DNA of 34,323 nt, taken from positions 1-34,323 of the forward strand of contig CACZQJ010000072.1 of assembly GCA_902783265.1 (NCBI GenBank), given 5' to 3'. Below are positions 9,258 to 17,817 of this stretch, piece after piece. The first letter of the stretch is position 1. Every line of letters begins with the position of its first letter. The position numbers were made by a program, and so were the translations under genes. The DNA comes from an uncultured Erysipelotrichaceae bacterium. Lineage in GTDB: Bacteria > Bacillota_I > Bacilli_A > RF39 > UBA660. Below the pieces are notes generated by a model. It did not search any database and was not told the origin of the DNA. It saw only the letters and a list, made by a program, of their open reading frames with translations.

Positions 9258-9911
9258 CTAGTTGTTTTTTATTTCTGAAATTTGTTTATTATAATAATTT
9301 TCAGGATTTATATATTTTCCTTCAACGTTCATTTCAAATAGAACATGTTTTCCTAAATCTTTTTCTAGGTTAGATTCTCCAGCAGTTCCTATAACTGTAC
9401 CTTGAGAAATCTGGTCACCTTCTTTAACAGTAACTTCACCTAAACTTTGATAGGTTGTTATTATGTTACTTTCGTGTTTAATAGTGACCGTTTTTCCTAA
9501 TAAGTTGTCATCTTTTACACTCGTAACCTCTCCATCTAAGACACATACTACATCGAATGTTTCATTTATTCCACCATAAATAATACCGTTATTCTGGATG
9601 TATGTCGTTTCATAATTTATAATAGAATTTTTTTGACTTTCTTCTTCTCCTTTATAATCATAAAAACTTTTTATTATTTTTACTTCTCCTGCTGTGTAAG
9701 GTCTTACAAGTGTTGGTGCTGATGTTGTTTGAACTACTGATTGAACGCCTGAATTAAATAATTTCGAAACATATGTATAGTCGTCGTTTGGTTTTGATTC
9801 TTCAAAAGATCTATTCGATAGGTCGGCATAATAAATAACGCTTAATATTATTAAAGCAATTCCAACATAGATTCCATATACTACTTCTTTTTTTAATTTT
9901 CTGTTTTCCAT
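9258..9911 (-). CDS. spoIIQ: Membrane-anchored degenerate LytM/M23 domain protein, SpoIIQ-like
   Basis: It has an N-terminal TM segment and a C-terminal M23 fold (GKTVTIKHESNIITTYQSLGEVTVKEGDQISQGTVIGTAG...GKHVLFEM). The HxxxD motif is absent and HxH reads H-V-L, so the metal site looks degenerate. Its position between spoIID and spoIIID matches clostridial genomes. Confidence 0.7.
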   Translation of the reverse strand: MENRKLKKEVVYGIYVGIALIILSVIYYADLSNRSFEESKPNDDYTYVSKLFNSGVQSVVQTTSAPTLVRPYTAGEVKIIKSFYDYKGEEESQKNSIINYETTYIQNNGIIYGGINETFDVVCVLDGEVTSVKDDNLLGKTVTIKHESNIITTYQSLGEVTVKEGDQISQGTVIGTAGESNLEKDLGKHVLFEMNVEGKYINPENYYNKQISEIKNN

Positions 9912-9956
9912 TTTTTCACCTCTACTATCATTTTGGATTATATTTTTTAAAATATA

Positions 9957-10859
9957 CTATATTTTTTTAATTTCTGTTCCTTGGTAGTAGTGCGCTAAAA
10001 TTTCTTTATATGTTTTTCCTTCTTTGGCCATTCCGTTTGCGCCATATTGGCTTAACCCAACTCCGTGACCATATCCTTTGGTAGTAATAGTTAGTTTTGT
10101 GTTTTTTTGAATTATTTGAAAATAGTTTGATTTAAGATTTAATTTTTGCGAGACTTCTCTTCCTTTAAGTTCTATGTTGTTTATTTTTAATGTTTTAATT
10201 CTGCCTGTGCTGGTATTTTCTAAAATTTCTATATTTAAAATATCATTATATGGCAGATTTAGTTTGCTATAGAAGTCTTTTAAATCCATAGTTAGTGTTT
10301 CACTATAAACAGGCGCTTTTTCATCCCATTTACTGGATACACTTCTTAAATATGGTACTTTGGAGACGAAAACTTCTTCACTATTTTCTGTTTGCCCAAC
10401 GCTTGCAGCAAAAAACATAGCATTAACAATTTCACCATTATATGTTAAATACTCTCCCGATGTTTTATTTACTATGTTTTTTATTTTGTTTATTTTTGTG
10501 GTATAGTCACCTTTCCATTTTTCTTTTAACTCGTCATCTGTTAGATATACTTGGTTAGATGTGGTGTTGGTAACGTCGTATTCGTTTCCATTCATATGGT
10601 ATAAGGCATAGCTTCTAGATGCAACCGCTTGGGCTTTTAATGCTTCTTCCTCAAAACTCGTTGGCATTTCGGCTGAAACTACGCCTTTTATATATTCTTC
10701 AAATGGTACTTCTATTATTTTGTTTGTTTTTTCATCTTTTACCTTAATAATTTTATTACTTATATATTTAAACTCTATGTTTTCTTTTTTGGTAAAAATT
10801 TTAGTAATTAAAAAAGGTATTAATATTATTAATAGCGTTAATAAGATAAACCTTTTCAT
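9957..10859 (-). CDS. spoIID: Stage II sporulation protein D (SpoIID, lytic transglycosylase)
   Basis: The SpoIID/LytB domain is present: YIKGVVSAEMP.SFEEEALKAQAVASRSYAL...GYGHGVGLSQYGANGMA. There is an N-terminal TM segment and SD GGAGG. Confidence 0.92.
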   Translation of the reverse strand: MKRFILLTLLIILIPFLITKIFTKKENIEFKYISNKIIKVKDEKTNKIIEVPFEEYIKGVVSAEMPTSFEEEALKAQAVASRSYALYHMNGNEYDVTNTTSNQVYLTDDELKEKWKGDYTTKINKIKNIVNKTSGEYLTYNGEIVNAMFFAASVGQTENSEEVFVSKVPYLRSVSSKWDEKAPVYSETLTMDLKDFYSKLNLPYNDILNIEILENTSTGRIKTLKINNIELKGREVSQKLNLKSNYFQIIQKNTKLTITTKGYGHGVGLSQYGANGMAKEGKTYKEILAHYYQGTEIKKI

Positions 10860-10869
10860 ATTTAGCCTC

Positions 10870-11073
10870 CTATATAATTTTTGTGTTTATTATAAAATCA
10901 TATATAAAATTGACTACGAGATATGATAAGGACATACTTACTATTAAATATAATACCCTTGTTTCATAATATCTATTCTTTTTAAACATGCCTGTGATAT
11001 CAATGCTTTCTAACGACCAAATTGTGATTATTAAAATAACAATATATAATGCTGCTTTAATCATGGTAATCAT
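10870..11073 (-). CDS. Small membrane protein, DUF1146 (YwzB-like)
   Basis: The product is 64-67 aa with two TM segments around a basic FKKNRYYETR loop. Its position upstream of spoIID matches B. subtilis ywzB. The start (11073 or 11064) overlaps the rpiB 3' end. Confidence 0.6.
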   Translation of the reverse strand: MITMIKAALYIVILIITIWSLESIDITGMFKKNRYYETRVLYLIVSMSLSYLVVNFIYDFIINTKII

Positions 11074-11575
11074 CCAACATTTGTATTCTATTTTTATGTC
11101 GATTTTCGTTACTGAATGGTGTTTTTAAGAAAACATCGACAATATCTTTTGCTCTGTATACTGGCATGTTTCCATTTAAAGCAATTATGTTAGCATTGTT
11201 ATCGTTTCTGGTATATTTTGCTTCTTTGATATTATTTACTTTTGCACATCTTATTCCTTTGACCTTATTACAGGCAATACTAATTCCAATACCACTTCCA
11301 CATATGGCTATTCCTTTTTCTGCTTCATTGTTGGCAATTGCTTTTCCTAGTTTAAACCCATATTCTGGATAGTCGTGGCTTTCTTTGTCGTCACATCCGT
11401 AATCAATAACAGTATAGCCTTTTTTAGTCAAATAATTTGTAAGTTTTTGTTTTAAATTATATCCTCTATGATCGCTTGCAATACCTATTTTTTCATTTGA
11501 AATATTTAAGTTTAAAATTGTTTGTTCCTGGTAATTATTTTTTACTATCTCTTCTAATGAGGCTTCTTTATCCAT
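11057..11575 (-). CDS. rpiB: Ribose-5-phosphate isomerase B (RpiB/LacAB family) with an N-terminal extension of about 28 aa
   Basis: IGIASDHRGYNLKQKL...DYGC....DYPEYG...GIAICGSGIGISIACNKVKGIRCA...R.DNNANIIALNG are RpiB motifs. A strong SD (AGGAGG) precedes the ATG at 11575 and there is no internal Met before the conserved core. Confidence 0.88.
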   Translation of the reverse strand: MDKEASLEEIVKNNYQEQTILNLNISNEKIGIASDHRGYNLKQKLTNYLTKKGYTVIDYGCDDKESHDYPEYGFKLGKAIANNEAEKGIAICGSGIGISIACNKVKGIRCAKVNNIKEAKYTRNDNNANIIALNGNMPVYRAKDIVDVFLKTPFSNENRHKNRIQMLDDYHD

Positions 11576-11707
11576 TTTTTATTCCTCCTATCTTATATAA
11601 TTATAACATTTATTTTATTTTTGTAAATGTGTGTAAAATTTATGTTTATTTTTTTATTTTTGTTTACTTTTTTTATTTTTTCTTTTATATATAAGTTAGG
11701 TGTTTAT

Positions 11708-13048
11708 ATGAATAAAATTTTAATAAAAGAAGATATTAATGGTTATAAATTTTTATATTTTGATAAAGATTACGCGTGTTTTTTGGATAGACTATGTGGT
11801 TTATTTAATTTTGAAAATAATTATCAAAATGGAATTCGTGTTTCTACTTTCATTAGTTTCTTAGAAAAAGTATCGGACAGATTTCATATTTCAAGGGAAT
11901 ATATTTTACAAAATTGTGACTATTTTATTAATGATTTTAATTTATTGATGCAAGATTTTAAACAAATTGGTTTTGACATGGAAAGTATTTTGGATAAGCA
12001 AAGTTTTGACGTTCCATATTACTGGGTGTTTAAGAGAGAATATATAAATTCTTTTTTAAAGAAGTGCGATGACTCTTATTTTTTTGAACAGTTGACTGAG
12101 TTTTTTGGAAATTTTCTAAAATTTCAAACTACTGTTTTTAAAAGTGCGGAGTTAATTAATCTTAAAGATTCTCTATTTAATGATTTTAGGGATGTTGCTT
12201 CTTTAAAGATGGTCCAGAATTATCAATCTAGATATGACGCTTTATTAAGCCAAAAGCCTTTTGATGTTGCAAAAATAGAAAATTTATATAAGGAAATACA
12301 GGCTATTATTTTAGACGATTTTAAAGCCAATATTACTGATATCAATGATTACAAGCCTGGCAACAAATTTAGATTTTTGTGCCATTCTACTAGTAGCGTT
12401 GAATGGAATCCTGATTATTTAGACAATTATCTTTCGACTTCATTACTTACGGAGGCACACACTGATACTTATAGGTGTCCATATGGTTTTATTGTAAATC
12501 CACAGTACATAGTTTCGATGGATTGTGAGGATTTGTATACTAGAAATTCAGCGACAGATGAGAGTGAATTATCTATTTATTCTGTTTTACCAAAAATACT
12601 ATCAATGAATCATTTAATTAGTGGGACAAAAATTTATAATGAGGTTGTTGTGAGAAAAGATAAACCGGAAAATCTGTTTTTAGGCATTTTTTGTGTGACA
12701 GATGGTTCTCGTGAATTAAATCCTATTTATATAAGAGCAAAGCTTCTTCAGAAAAGTTTTCCCAATTTACCAATTATTGATTTAGACGTTACTTTGTATC
12801 TTCCTTTAGAGGAACTGTCATTAACGAGAAATGAGCTTATTGATTCTATTAGAGAAGAACTTGGTATTACTTCTCCTATATTTGATGGCTATTATGATAT
12901 GTATGAACCTTTTTGGGAAAAGTTTATGGAACTAAAAAGAAATGGTGATTATGAACTTTTAGATATTTTAAGTTTATTTTCATATTATTATAATGTTTTT
13001 GAATCTGATTCATATGGAGACAATTCAAAACGAAATAAAACTTTATAA
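11708..13048 (+). CDS. Hypothetical protein, 446 aa, no family recognised (ART-like motifs in the C-terminal half, see findings)
   Basis: This is a long uninterrupted ORF with SD AGGTG 7 nt before the ATG at 11708. The 27 upstream codons in the ORF track are poly-F/T-tract sequence and unlikely to be coding. The gene is in opposite orientation to both flanking operons. Confidence 0.8.
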   Translation: MNKILIKEDINGYKFLYFDKDYACFLDRLCGLFNFENNYQNGIRVSTFISFLEKVSDRFHISREYILQNCDYFINDFNLLMQDFKQIGFDMESILDKQSFDVPYYWVFKREYINSFLKKCDDSYFFEQLTEFFGNFLKFQTTVFKSAELINLKDSLFNDFRDVASLKMVQNYQSRYDALLSQKPFDVAKIENLYKEIQAIILDDFKANITDINDYKPGNKFRFLCHSTSSVEWNPDYLDNYLSTSLLTEAHTDTYRCPYGFIVNPQYIVSMDCEDLYTRNSATDESELSIYSVLPKILSMNHLISGTKIYNEVVVRKDKPENLFLGIFCVTDGSRELNPIYIRAKLLQKSFPNLPIIDLDVTLYLPLEELSLTRNELIDSIREELGITSPIFDGYYDMYEPFWEKFMELKRNGDYELLDILSLFSYYYNVFESDSYGDNSKRNKTL

Positions 13049-13052
13049 AAAA

Positions 13053-13074
13053 AATACTTACGTTTGTAAGTATT
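13053..13074. terminator. Bidirectional hairpin shared by the orphan gene and rpsR
   Basis: Stem AATACTTAC-GTTT-GTAAGTATT has an A-run on the left and T-rich sequence on the right. It overlaps the rpsR stop codon. Confidence 0.6.
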
Positions 13075-13288
13075 ATTTAACAAATGGTAATAAAGCTATA
13101 AATCTAGCTTTTTTTACTTCACCAGAGATATATCTTTGGTGTTTAGCGCATGTGCCTGTAATTCTTCTTGGTAATATTTTACCTTTATCTAAACTAACAT
13201 ATTTTTTTATGTTTTCATCTTTATATGTTATTTCTTTTCCGGCACATAATTGGCATACTTTTCTTTTTTTTCTGCGATATTCTGCCAT
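13073..13288 (-). CDS. rpsR: 30S ribosomal protein S18
   Basis: [48 protein letters not shown]...[11 protein letters not shown] is the canonical S18 sequence. SD is AGGAGG. Confidence 0.95.
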   Translation of the reverse strand: MAEYRRKKRKVCQLCAGKEITYKDENIKKYVSLDKGKILPRRITGTCAKHQRYISGEVKKARFIALLPFVK

Positions 13289-13300
13289 ATGTATCCTCCT

Positions 13301-13756
13301 TTATTCTAGAAAATTATCATCAATTGAAACGTTGTCTCCAAAGTCTGAGAAAGGGTCTTCATCAATGTCAATACTATTTTGTGGTTCTTCTGGCGCTGGT
13401 GCATCTTGATAGTCATAAGGGGTTGAATTATTGTTGTTTCTTCTTGAATCTAAGAATTGAACAGAATCAGCAACAACGTCTGTTGTATATCTTCTATTTC
13501 CATCTTTATCAGTGAAAGATCCAGTTTGAATTCTTCCTTCGATTGATACTTGACTACCTTTGTCTAAGTAGTTAGCAACATTTTCTGCTTGTTTTCGCCA
13601 AACTACTATATTTATAAAATCTGCTTCTCTTTCGCCTTGGGCATTGTTAAAGGTTCTATTAACGGCTAGAGAAAATCTAGTGTATGGAATGTTAGAACCT
13701 GTATATCTTAATTCTGGTTTAGCAGTTAACCTACCAACTAAACAAACTCTGTTCAT
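13301..13756 (-). CDS. ssb: Single-stranded DNA-binding protein
   Basis: The OB fold reads [34 protein letters not shown]...[33 protein letters not shown]. The gene lies in the rpsF-ssb-rpsR operon. The acidic tail ends ...[23 protein letters not shown], which is atypical. Confidence 0.93.
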   Translation of the reverse strand: MNRVCLVGRLTAKPELRYTGSNIPYTRFSLAVNRTFNNAQGEREADFINIVVWRKQAENVANYLDKGSQVSIEGRIQTGSFTDKDGNRRYTTDVVADSVQFLDSRRNNNNSTPYDYQDAPAPEEPQNSIDIDEDPFSDFGDNVSIDDNFLE

Positions 13757-13772
13757 ATAAATACCTCTTTTC

Positions 13773-14063
13773 TTAGTCTTCTACTTTTGTAATTAAATGA
13801 CGAATTATATCTTTGTTGATTAGGGCTAAACGATCAAATTCTTTAATTCCTTTATCATCTTTGCCTTCTACTTGGAACACATAATAATATCCGCTTTTAA
13901 AATCTTTTATTTCATAAGCAAGTTCTCTTTGTCCCATGGCTTGTTCATCTGTAACTTTTGAACCATTTTTTTTGATAATTTCAGCAAAATCTTTAACAAC
14001 TTTCTTTACTTCATCTTCTCCTAATGTTGGTCTTACGATGAACATAATTTCATAATGTCTCAT
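13773..14063 (-). CDS. rpsF: 30S ribosomal protein S6
   Basis: [12 protein letters not shown]......[17 protein letters not shown]......G.RELAYEI......GYYYVFQVE is canonical S6. SD is AAGGAGG. Confidence 0.95.
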   Translation of the reverse strand: MRHYEIMFIVRPTLGEDEVKKVVKDFAEIIKKNGSKVTDEQAMGQRELAYEIKDFKSGYYYVFQVEGKDDKGIKEFDRLALINKDIIRHLITKVED

Positions 14064-14125
14064 TTTTACACCTCCTTGTGGTCTTTTGGCTTCTTTTTAG
14101 AAGCAAGGAGTAAATTAATTACTCG
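14064..14125 (-). promoter_or_regulatory. rpsF 5' leader with an SD-sequestering helix (candidate S6:S18 autoregulatory leader)
   Basis: Leader RNA CUCCUUG (plus strand 14104-14110) pairs perfectly with CAAGGAG (plus strand 14072-14078), which contains the SD. An inner hairpin CUUCU-AAAAA-GAAG is also present. An rpsF leader bound by S6:S18 is described in Firmicutes. Confidence 0.45.
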
Positions 14126-14131
14126 CTATAG

Positions 14132-14160
14132 ATTATAACAAATTATATGAAAAAAGTAAA
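14132..14160 (-). promoter_or_regulatory. Sigma-A-type promoter of the rpsF operon (TTTACT-17-TATAAT)
   Basis: The hexamers and 17-nt spacing were read directly on the minus strand. Confidence 0.5.
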
Positions 14161-14302
14161 CATTTTTATGTTTACCTTTACCTTTTTTTCTAGAAATTTC
14201 CAATAAAAGTGGTAAAATTACGACTGGCAACAAAATATTTCTCTCACTTTTATTGTTTTCGCTTTGAACTTTTTGTGGTAATATATAATATGAGGTGTGC
14301 GT

Positions 14303-14854
14303 ATGAAAAAGAGTTTATTTAATAATGTTTTATTGGTTCCTCCTGTTAGTTATATTATTTCTATTTTTATGAGTTCAATATTTTTTGTTTTGGGTTTTGG
14401 AATGCTGCTGTTTGCTGTCTTGGGTTTTATCACTGATATGAAATTTAAAGACGTTACTGGTATTATAACTAATAAAGATTTTAGAGACACTTATTATTAT
14501 TCTGTTTCTTACAATGTAGAAAATAATAATTATGTTAAAGATAATTTGACTAGTGTGCATGAATATAATGTTGGTGATGAAGTATCCTTATCTTATGGTA
14601 AAAAGGACCCTTCTTATGTTAGTTTCAAAAATGATAATTTTGGTCTTACATATTATTTAGTAATGATTTTATTTTTAAGTTCTATAGTTATTCTAATTAA
14701 CCGAGTAAAAAAATTATTGCATTTTATTAATCCTTCAAAATATCCTGATGTTAAAGACATTTCTTACGGCATGAGCATTGGTAATGTAAGTTTAACAAAC
14801 AGAAATATTTTACATGATGATTTGGAAAAGGATAATATAGATTTTTATAATTAG
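14303..14854 (+). CDS. Membrane protein, DUF3592-like topology
   Basis: Two TM segments flank a beta-rich segment of about 80 aa (GIITNKDFRDTYYYSVSYNVENNNY...YNVGDEVSLSYGKKDPSY), as in DUF3592. SD GAGGTG is 5 nt before the ATG at 14303. Confidence 0.5.
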   Translation: MKKSLFNNVLLVPPVSYIISIFMSSIFFVLGFGMLLFAVLGFITDMKFKDVTGIITNKDFRDTYYYSVSYNVENNNYVKDNLTSVHEYNVGDEVSLSYGKKDPSYVSFKNDNFGLTYYLVMILFLSSIVILINRVKKLLHFINPSKYPDVKDISYGMSIGNVSLTNRNILHDDLEKDNIDFYN

Positions 14855-14862
14855 ATAATTTT

Positions 14863-14888
14863 AAACCCTCATTAAATATGAGGGTTTT
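14863..14888. terminator. Bidirectional terminator between the DUF3592-like gene and ychF
   Basis: Stem AAACCCTCAT-TAAAT-ATGAGGGTTT is followed by T residues. Confidence 0.8.
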
Positions 14889-14889
14889 C

Positions 14890-15987
14890 TTATACATTAA
14901 ATCTAAACAGGCAAATATCACCATCTTGCATGATGTATTCTTTACCTTCAAGTCGTAATTTTCCAGCTTCTTTAACTTTAAGCTCGCTTCCTAAAGTCTT
15001 TAAGTCATTAAAACTCATTACTTCAGCTTTAATAAATCCTTTTTGAAAATCAGTGTGAATTATTCCGGCACATTCTGGAGCTTTCATGCCGTTTTTAAAG
15101 GTCCAAGCTCTTACTTCGTCTTCTCCAGCAGTTAAGAATGTCGATAGGCCTAATAATTTATATGAACTTTTAATAAGTTTATCTAATCCACTTTCACTTA
15201 TGCCTAAGTCGTTTAAAAATTCTTTTTTATCTTGGTCTGATAATTCAGCTAATTCTTCTTCTATTTTTGCACTTATTTTTACAACTTCAGCGTTTTCTTT
15301 GGCGGCATATTCTTTTAAAACTTTAACATATTCGTTATCTTCATTTATGTCTGCCTCGTTTACATTAGCAACGTAAATAATGGGTTTTATTGTAAGTAAG
15401 TTAAACGGTTTTAATATTTTTATTTCTTCTTCGGTTAGGTTTAAATTTCTAGGTACTATGTTCTTTTCTAAATTTTCTTTTATTCTTTCAAGTAACTCTA
15501 GCTCTTTAATAGCTTCCTTATCGTTTGCGAGTCTGGCTTTTTTGCCCATTCTGGCCAGTCTATTTTCAATAACTTCTAGATCTGCAAGTTCTAATTCAAC
15601 ATCGATTATTTCAACATCTCTAATTGGATCAATGCTGCCTGAAACATGGGTGATATTCCCATCATCAAAACATCTTACGACTTCACATATTGCATCGACT
15701 TCTCTAATGTGCGAAAGAAATTTATTACCTAAGCCTTCTCCTTTAGAAGCTCCGACAACTAAGCCCGCAATATCTGTAAATTCAAATGTGGCGGGAATTG
15801 TTTTTCTTGGATGATACATTTCTTCTAGGAACTCTACTCTTTCGTCTGGGACAGTTACTATTCCTACATTGGGTTCAATAGTTGCGAAAGGGTAGTTTGC
15901 AGCTAGTATATTTTGTTTTGTTATAGCGTTAAATAAGGTTGATTTTCCGACATTTGGAAGTCCAACTATTCCAGCAGTTAAACTCAT
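14890..15987 (-). CDS. ychF: Ribosome-binding ATPase YchF (Obg-like)
   Basis: MSLTAGIVGLPNVGKSTLFNAIT...ANYPFATIEPNVG...DIAGLV.GASKGEGLGNKFL plus a C-terminal TGS-like domain. The ATG at 15987 matches the B. subtilis N-terminus. Confidence 0.93.
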   Translation of the reverse strand: MSLTAGIVGLPNVGKSTLFNAITKQNILAANYPFATIEPNVGIVTVPDERVEFLEEMYHPRKTIPATFEFTDIAGLVVGASKGEGLGNKFLSHIREVDAICEVVRCFDDGNITHVSGSIDPIRDVEIIDVELELADLEVIENRLARMGKKARLANDKEAIKELELLERIKENLEKNIVPRNLNLTEEEIKILKPFNLLTIKPIIYVANVNEADINEDNEYVKVLKEYAAKENAEVVKISAKIEEELAELSDQDKKEFLNDLGISESGLDKLIKSSYKLLGLSTFLTAGEDEVRAWTFKNGMKAPECAGIIHTDFQKGFIKAEVMSFNDLKTLGSELKVKEAGKLRLEGKEYIMQDGDICLFRFNV

Positions 15988-16050
15988 TTTCATCACCGAA
16001 GTTATTATACTAGATTGATGATTATTTGTAAATAAAATTACTTATTAACA

Positions 16051-16085
16051 ATAAAAAACTTTAGAAAATAGGTCCCTAAAGTTTT
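16051..16085 (-). terminator. Intrinsic terminator after the abgT-family gene
   Basis: The minus-strand RNA reads AAAACUUUAG-N11-CUAAAGUUUU followed by a U-run. Confidence 0.65.
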
Positions 16086-16109
16086 TGTAATTTAAATTCA
16101 TTTACAGTT

Positions 16110-17621
16110 TTATAAGGTTGGGGTCATGTTTGGCCCTAGAGGTAATCCCATAATAAACCAGCCTACTACAATCAAAAGCCAAACAACCATAAATATAAGC
16201 ACGGTTGGTCTTAATAAATTAAGGGTACCAAATACAGTTATTTTATTTGTCTCTTTGTTGTTATATTTTTCTAAAAAGGCAAGCATTATTATAAAGTATA
16301 CAAAGAAAGGTGTTATTCCTTTACCAACACTGTCGGCTGCTTTAAAAATAAATTGGGTAAAATCTGGTGTAATATTCGCTTTCATGAATAATGGAATTAA
16401 TATTGGTGATGCTATTTGCCATTTTGTGATGGTGTCTGGTATTAATAAAGACATTAATATTATAATTATAAACATTGTTATAATTAAGGGAATACCAGTA
16501 AATTCTAAATTACTCATAAATGAAATGAGCCATGAACCAAAGACGGTTCCAATATTTGTCCAATTTAGAATACTTATCATTAGTGATGAGAAAAACAACA
16601 GTATAAATATGTATCCTAAGTTATCAAATTCTTTTGACAATCCAACGCTAAAATCGTTTGTGTTTTTTAGATTTTTTGAAATTGCTCCATATATTCCAGA
16701 GCAAATCATCATTATTATTAGGAATATAAAGCCAAAGGCGTCTTGGAATGGAGCTTTTTCACCAAGCAATTGTTCTACATAACTTACTTTTGTATTATCT
16801 AGTAATAATCCAGACCCTGGTAAACCTGGAATAATTGTATATATTCCTATTAGCATTAATATTACAAAGGCAATTTGACTCCATATTAGTCCTTTTTTAG
16901 ATATTGTAAGTTCGTCCTCTTCTTTTATGGCTTCTTTTACTTTTGGTTTTAAAACTGTTTCAATAATTATTGTGCCAATTATTGATAAAATGAATGTTGC
17001 TGCTGCCATTGCATAAGTATTTGACCAAGCATTAAATAAATAATCTTTGTCAACATCAACAGTAACTGCTTCTTTAGTAAGAAGTCCGAGTTGATAATCA
17101 TCATAGTTAAATACCAAGCCTGCTCCATATCCCATGCTGACGCCTAAAAATGCGGTTAATATTCCGAGCATGGAATTTTTACCTAAATATTGATATATAA
17201 CAGCGATTAATGGCATTACTAATATAAATCCATACTCTCCTAAAAATGATGATACTATTCCTACAAATAAAGTTAGAAATGTTACCACTCCTGGTTTTAG
17301 AGTTCTGAGTGGTGTAAACATGGCCTTAAATAAGCCACTTGCCTTTCCAATTGAAACGGCCATTAAGGATATTATTAATAAAACTAACGGTTTAAAGTTT
17401 TTAAATGTTTCAACTGGCGAACTGAAAAAAAACCTTAATCCTTCTTTTGAAAGAATGTTTTTAATACTGACAACGGACGTTTCTAAACTTCCGCTTGTTA
17501 CTTTAGTGACTTCTCCATCAATTCCAAAAAATGAAGAAATACAACTTATAATCATAATTGCAAAAGTAAGGATAATAATTGTAATAACTGGTCCTAATAA
17601 AATACTTTTCTTTTTTTTCAT
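16110..17621 (-). CDS. AbgT family transporter (p-aminobenzoyl-glutamate transporter-like)
   Basis: The polytopic product of about 503 aa has FKPLVLLIISLMAVSIGKASGLFKAMF and GIVSSFLGEYGFILVMPLIAVIYQYLGKNSMLGILTAFLGVSMGYGAGLV. These align with the AbgT consensus pattern as I remember it. Confidence 0.65.
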   Translation of the reverse strand: MKKKKSILLGPVITIIILTFAIMIISCISSFFGIDGEVTKVTSGSLETSVVSIKNILSKEGLRFFFSSPVETFKNFKPLVLLIISLMAVSIGKASGLFKAMFTPLRTLKPGVVTFLTLFVGIVSSFLGEYGFILVMPLIAVIYQYLGKNSMLGILTAFLGVSMGYGAGLVFNYDDYQLGLLTKEAVTVDVDKDYLFNAWSNTYAMAAATFILSIIGTIIIETVLKPKVKEAIKEEDELTISKKGLIWSQIAFVILMLIGIYTIIPGLPGSGLLLDNTKVSYVEQLLGEKAPFQDAFGFIFLIIMMICSGIYGAISKNLKNTNDFSVGLSKEFDNLGYIFILLFFSSLMISILNWTNIGTVFGSWLISFMSNLEFTGIPLIITMFIIIILMSLLIPDTITKWQIASPILIPLFMKANITPDFTQFIFKAADSVGKGITPFFVYFIIMLAFLEKYNNKETNKITVFGTLNLLRPTVLIFMVVWLLIVVGWFIMGLPLGPNMTPTL

Positions 17622-17631
17622 CATTATCCTC

Positions 17632-17817
17632 CTATAATTTGATTATTTTTTTTAATTTTTTATTAAATTCTATCCTGGGTAGCATTATACTTCTGCCACA
17701 TCCATTACATTTTATTTTTATATCAGCGCCCATTCTTATTATTTCCCATTCGTTAGTTCCGCATGGATGTTGCTTTTTCATTACTACAACACTCCCTAAT
17801 TTATAATCATTTTTCAT
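17632..17817 (-). CDS. DUF951 family small protein (YyzM-like)
   Basis: GSVVVMKKQHPCGTNEWEIIRMGADIKIKCNGCGRSIMLPR is the DUF951 signature. It is conserved near ychF/parB in Firmicutes and overlaps the mscS stop by 11 nt. Confidence 0.8.
   Translation of the reverse strand: MKNDYKLGSVVVMKKQHPCGTNEWEIIRMGADIKIKCNGCGRSIMLPRIEFNKKLKKIIKL

Noticed and set aside
9258-9911. The M23 peptidase gene as an active lysostaphin-like or defence peptidase.
   Set aside because: The catalytic HxxxD and HxH motifs are degenerate, and the position between spoIID and spoIIID fits the non-enzymatic SpoIIQ channel protein.
11600-11700. Repetitive T-tract pattern (tttatttttt-like units), considered as a possible repeat array or CRISPR-like element.
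   Set aside because: The units are short, irregular homopolymer-rich tracts without conserved repeat/spacer structure. They are consistent with curved promoter-upstream DNA in an AT-rich genome.
11476-11707. ORF 11476-11694, and the 27-codon N-terminal extension (from 11627) of the orphan gene.
   Set aside because: The sequence is a run of T-tracts that translates to poly-Phe/Ile. A proper SD (AGGTG) precedes the internal ATG at 11708. This region is better read as promoter/UP-like DNA.
12993-13515. Plus-strand ORFs 12993-13409 and 13225-13515 running across rpsR and ssb.
   Set aside because: They are antisense to canonical S18 and SSB coding sequence. Their translations are hydrophobic low-complexity and they lack an RBS.
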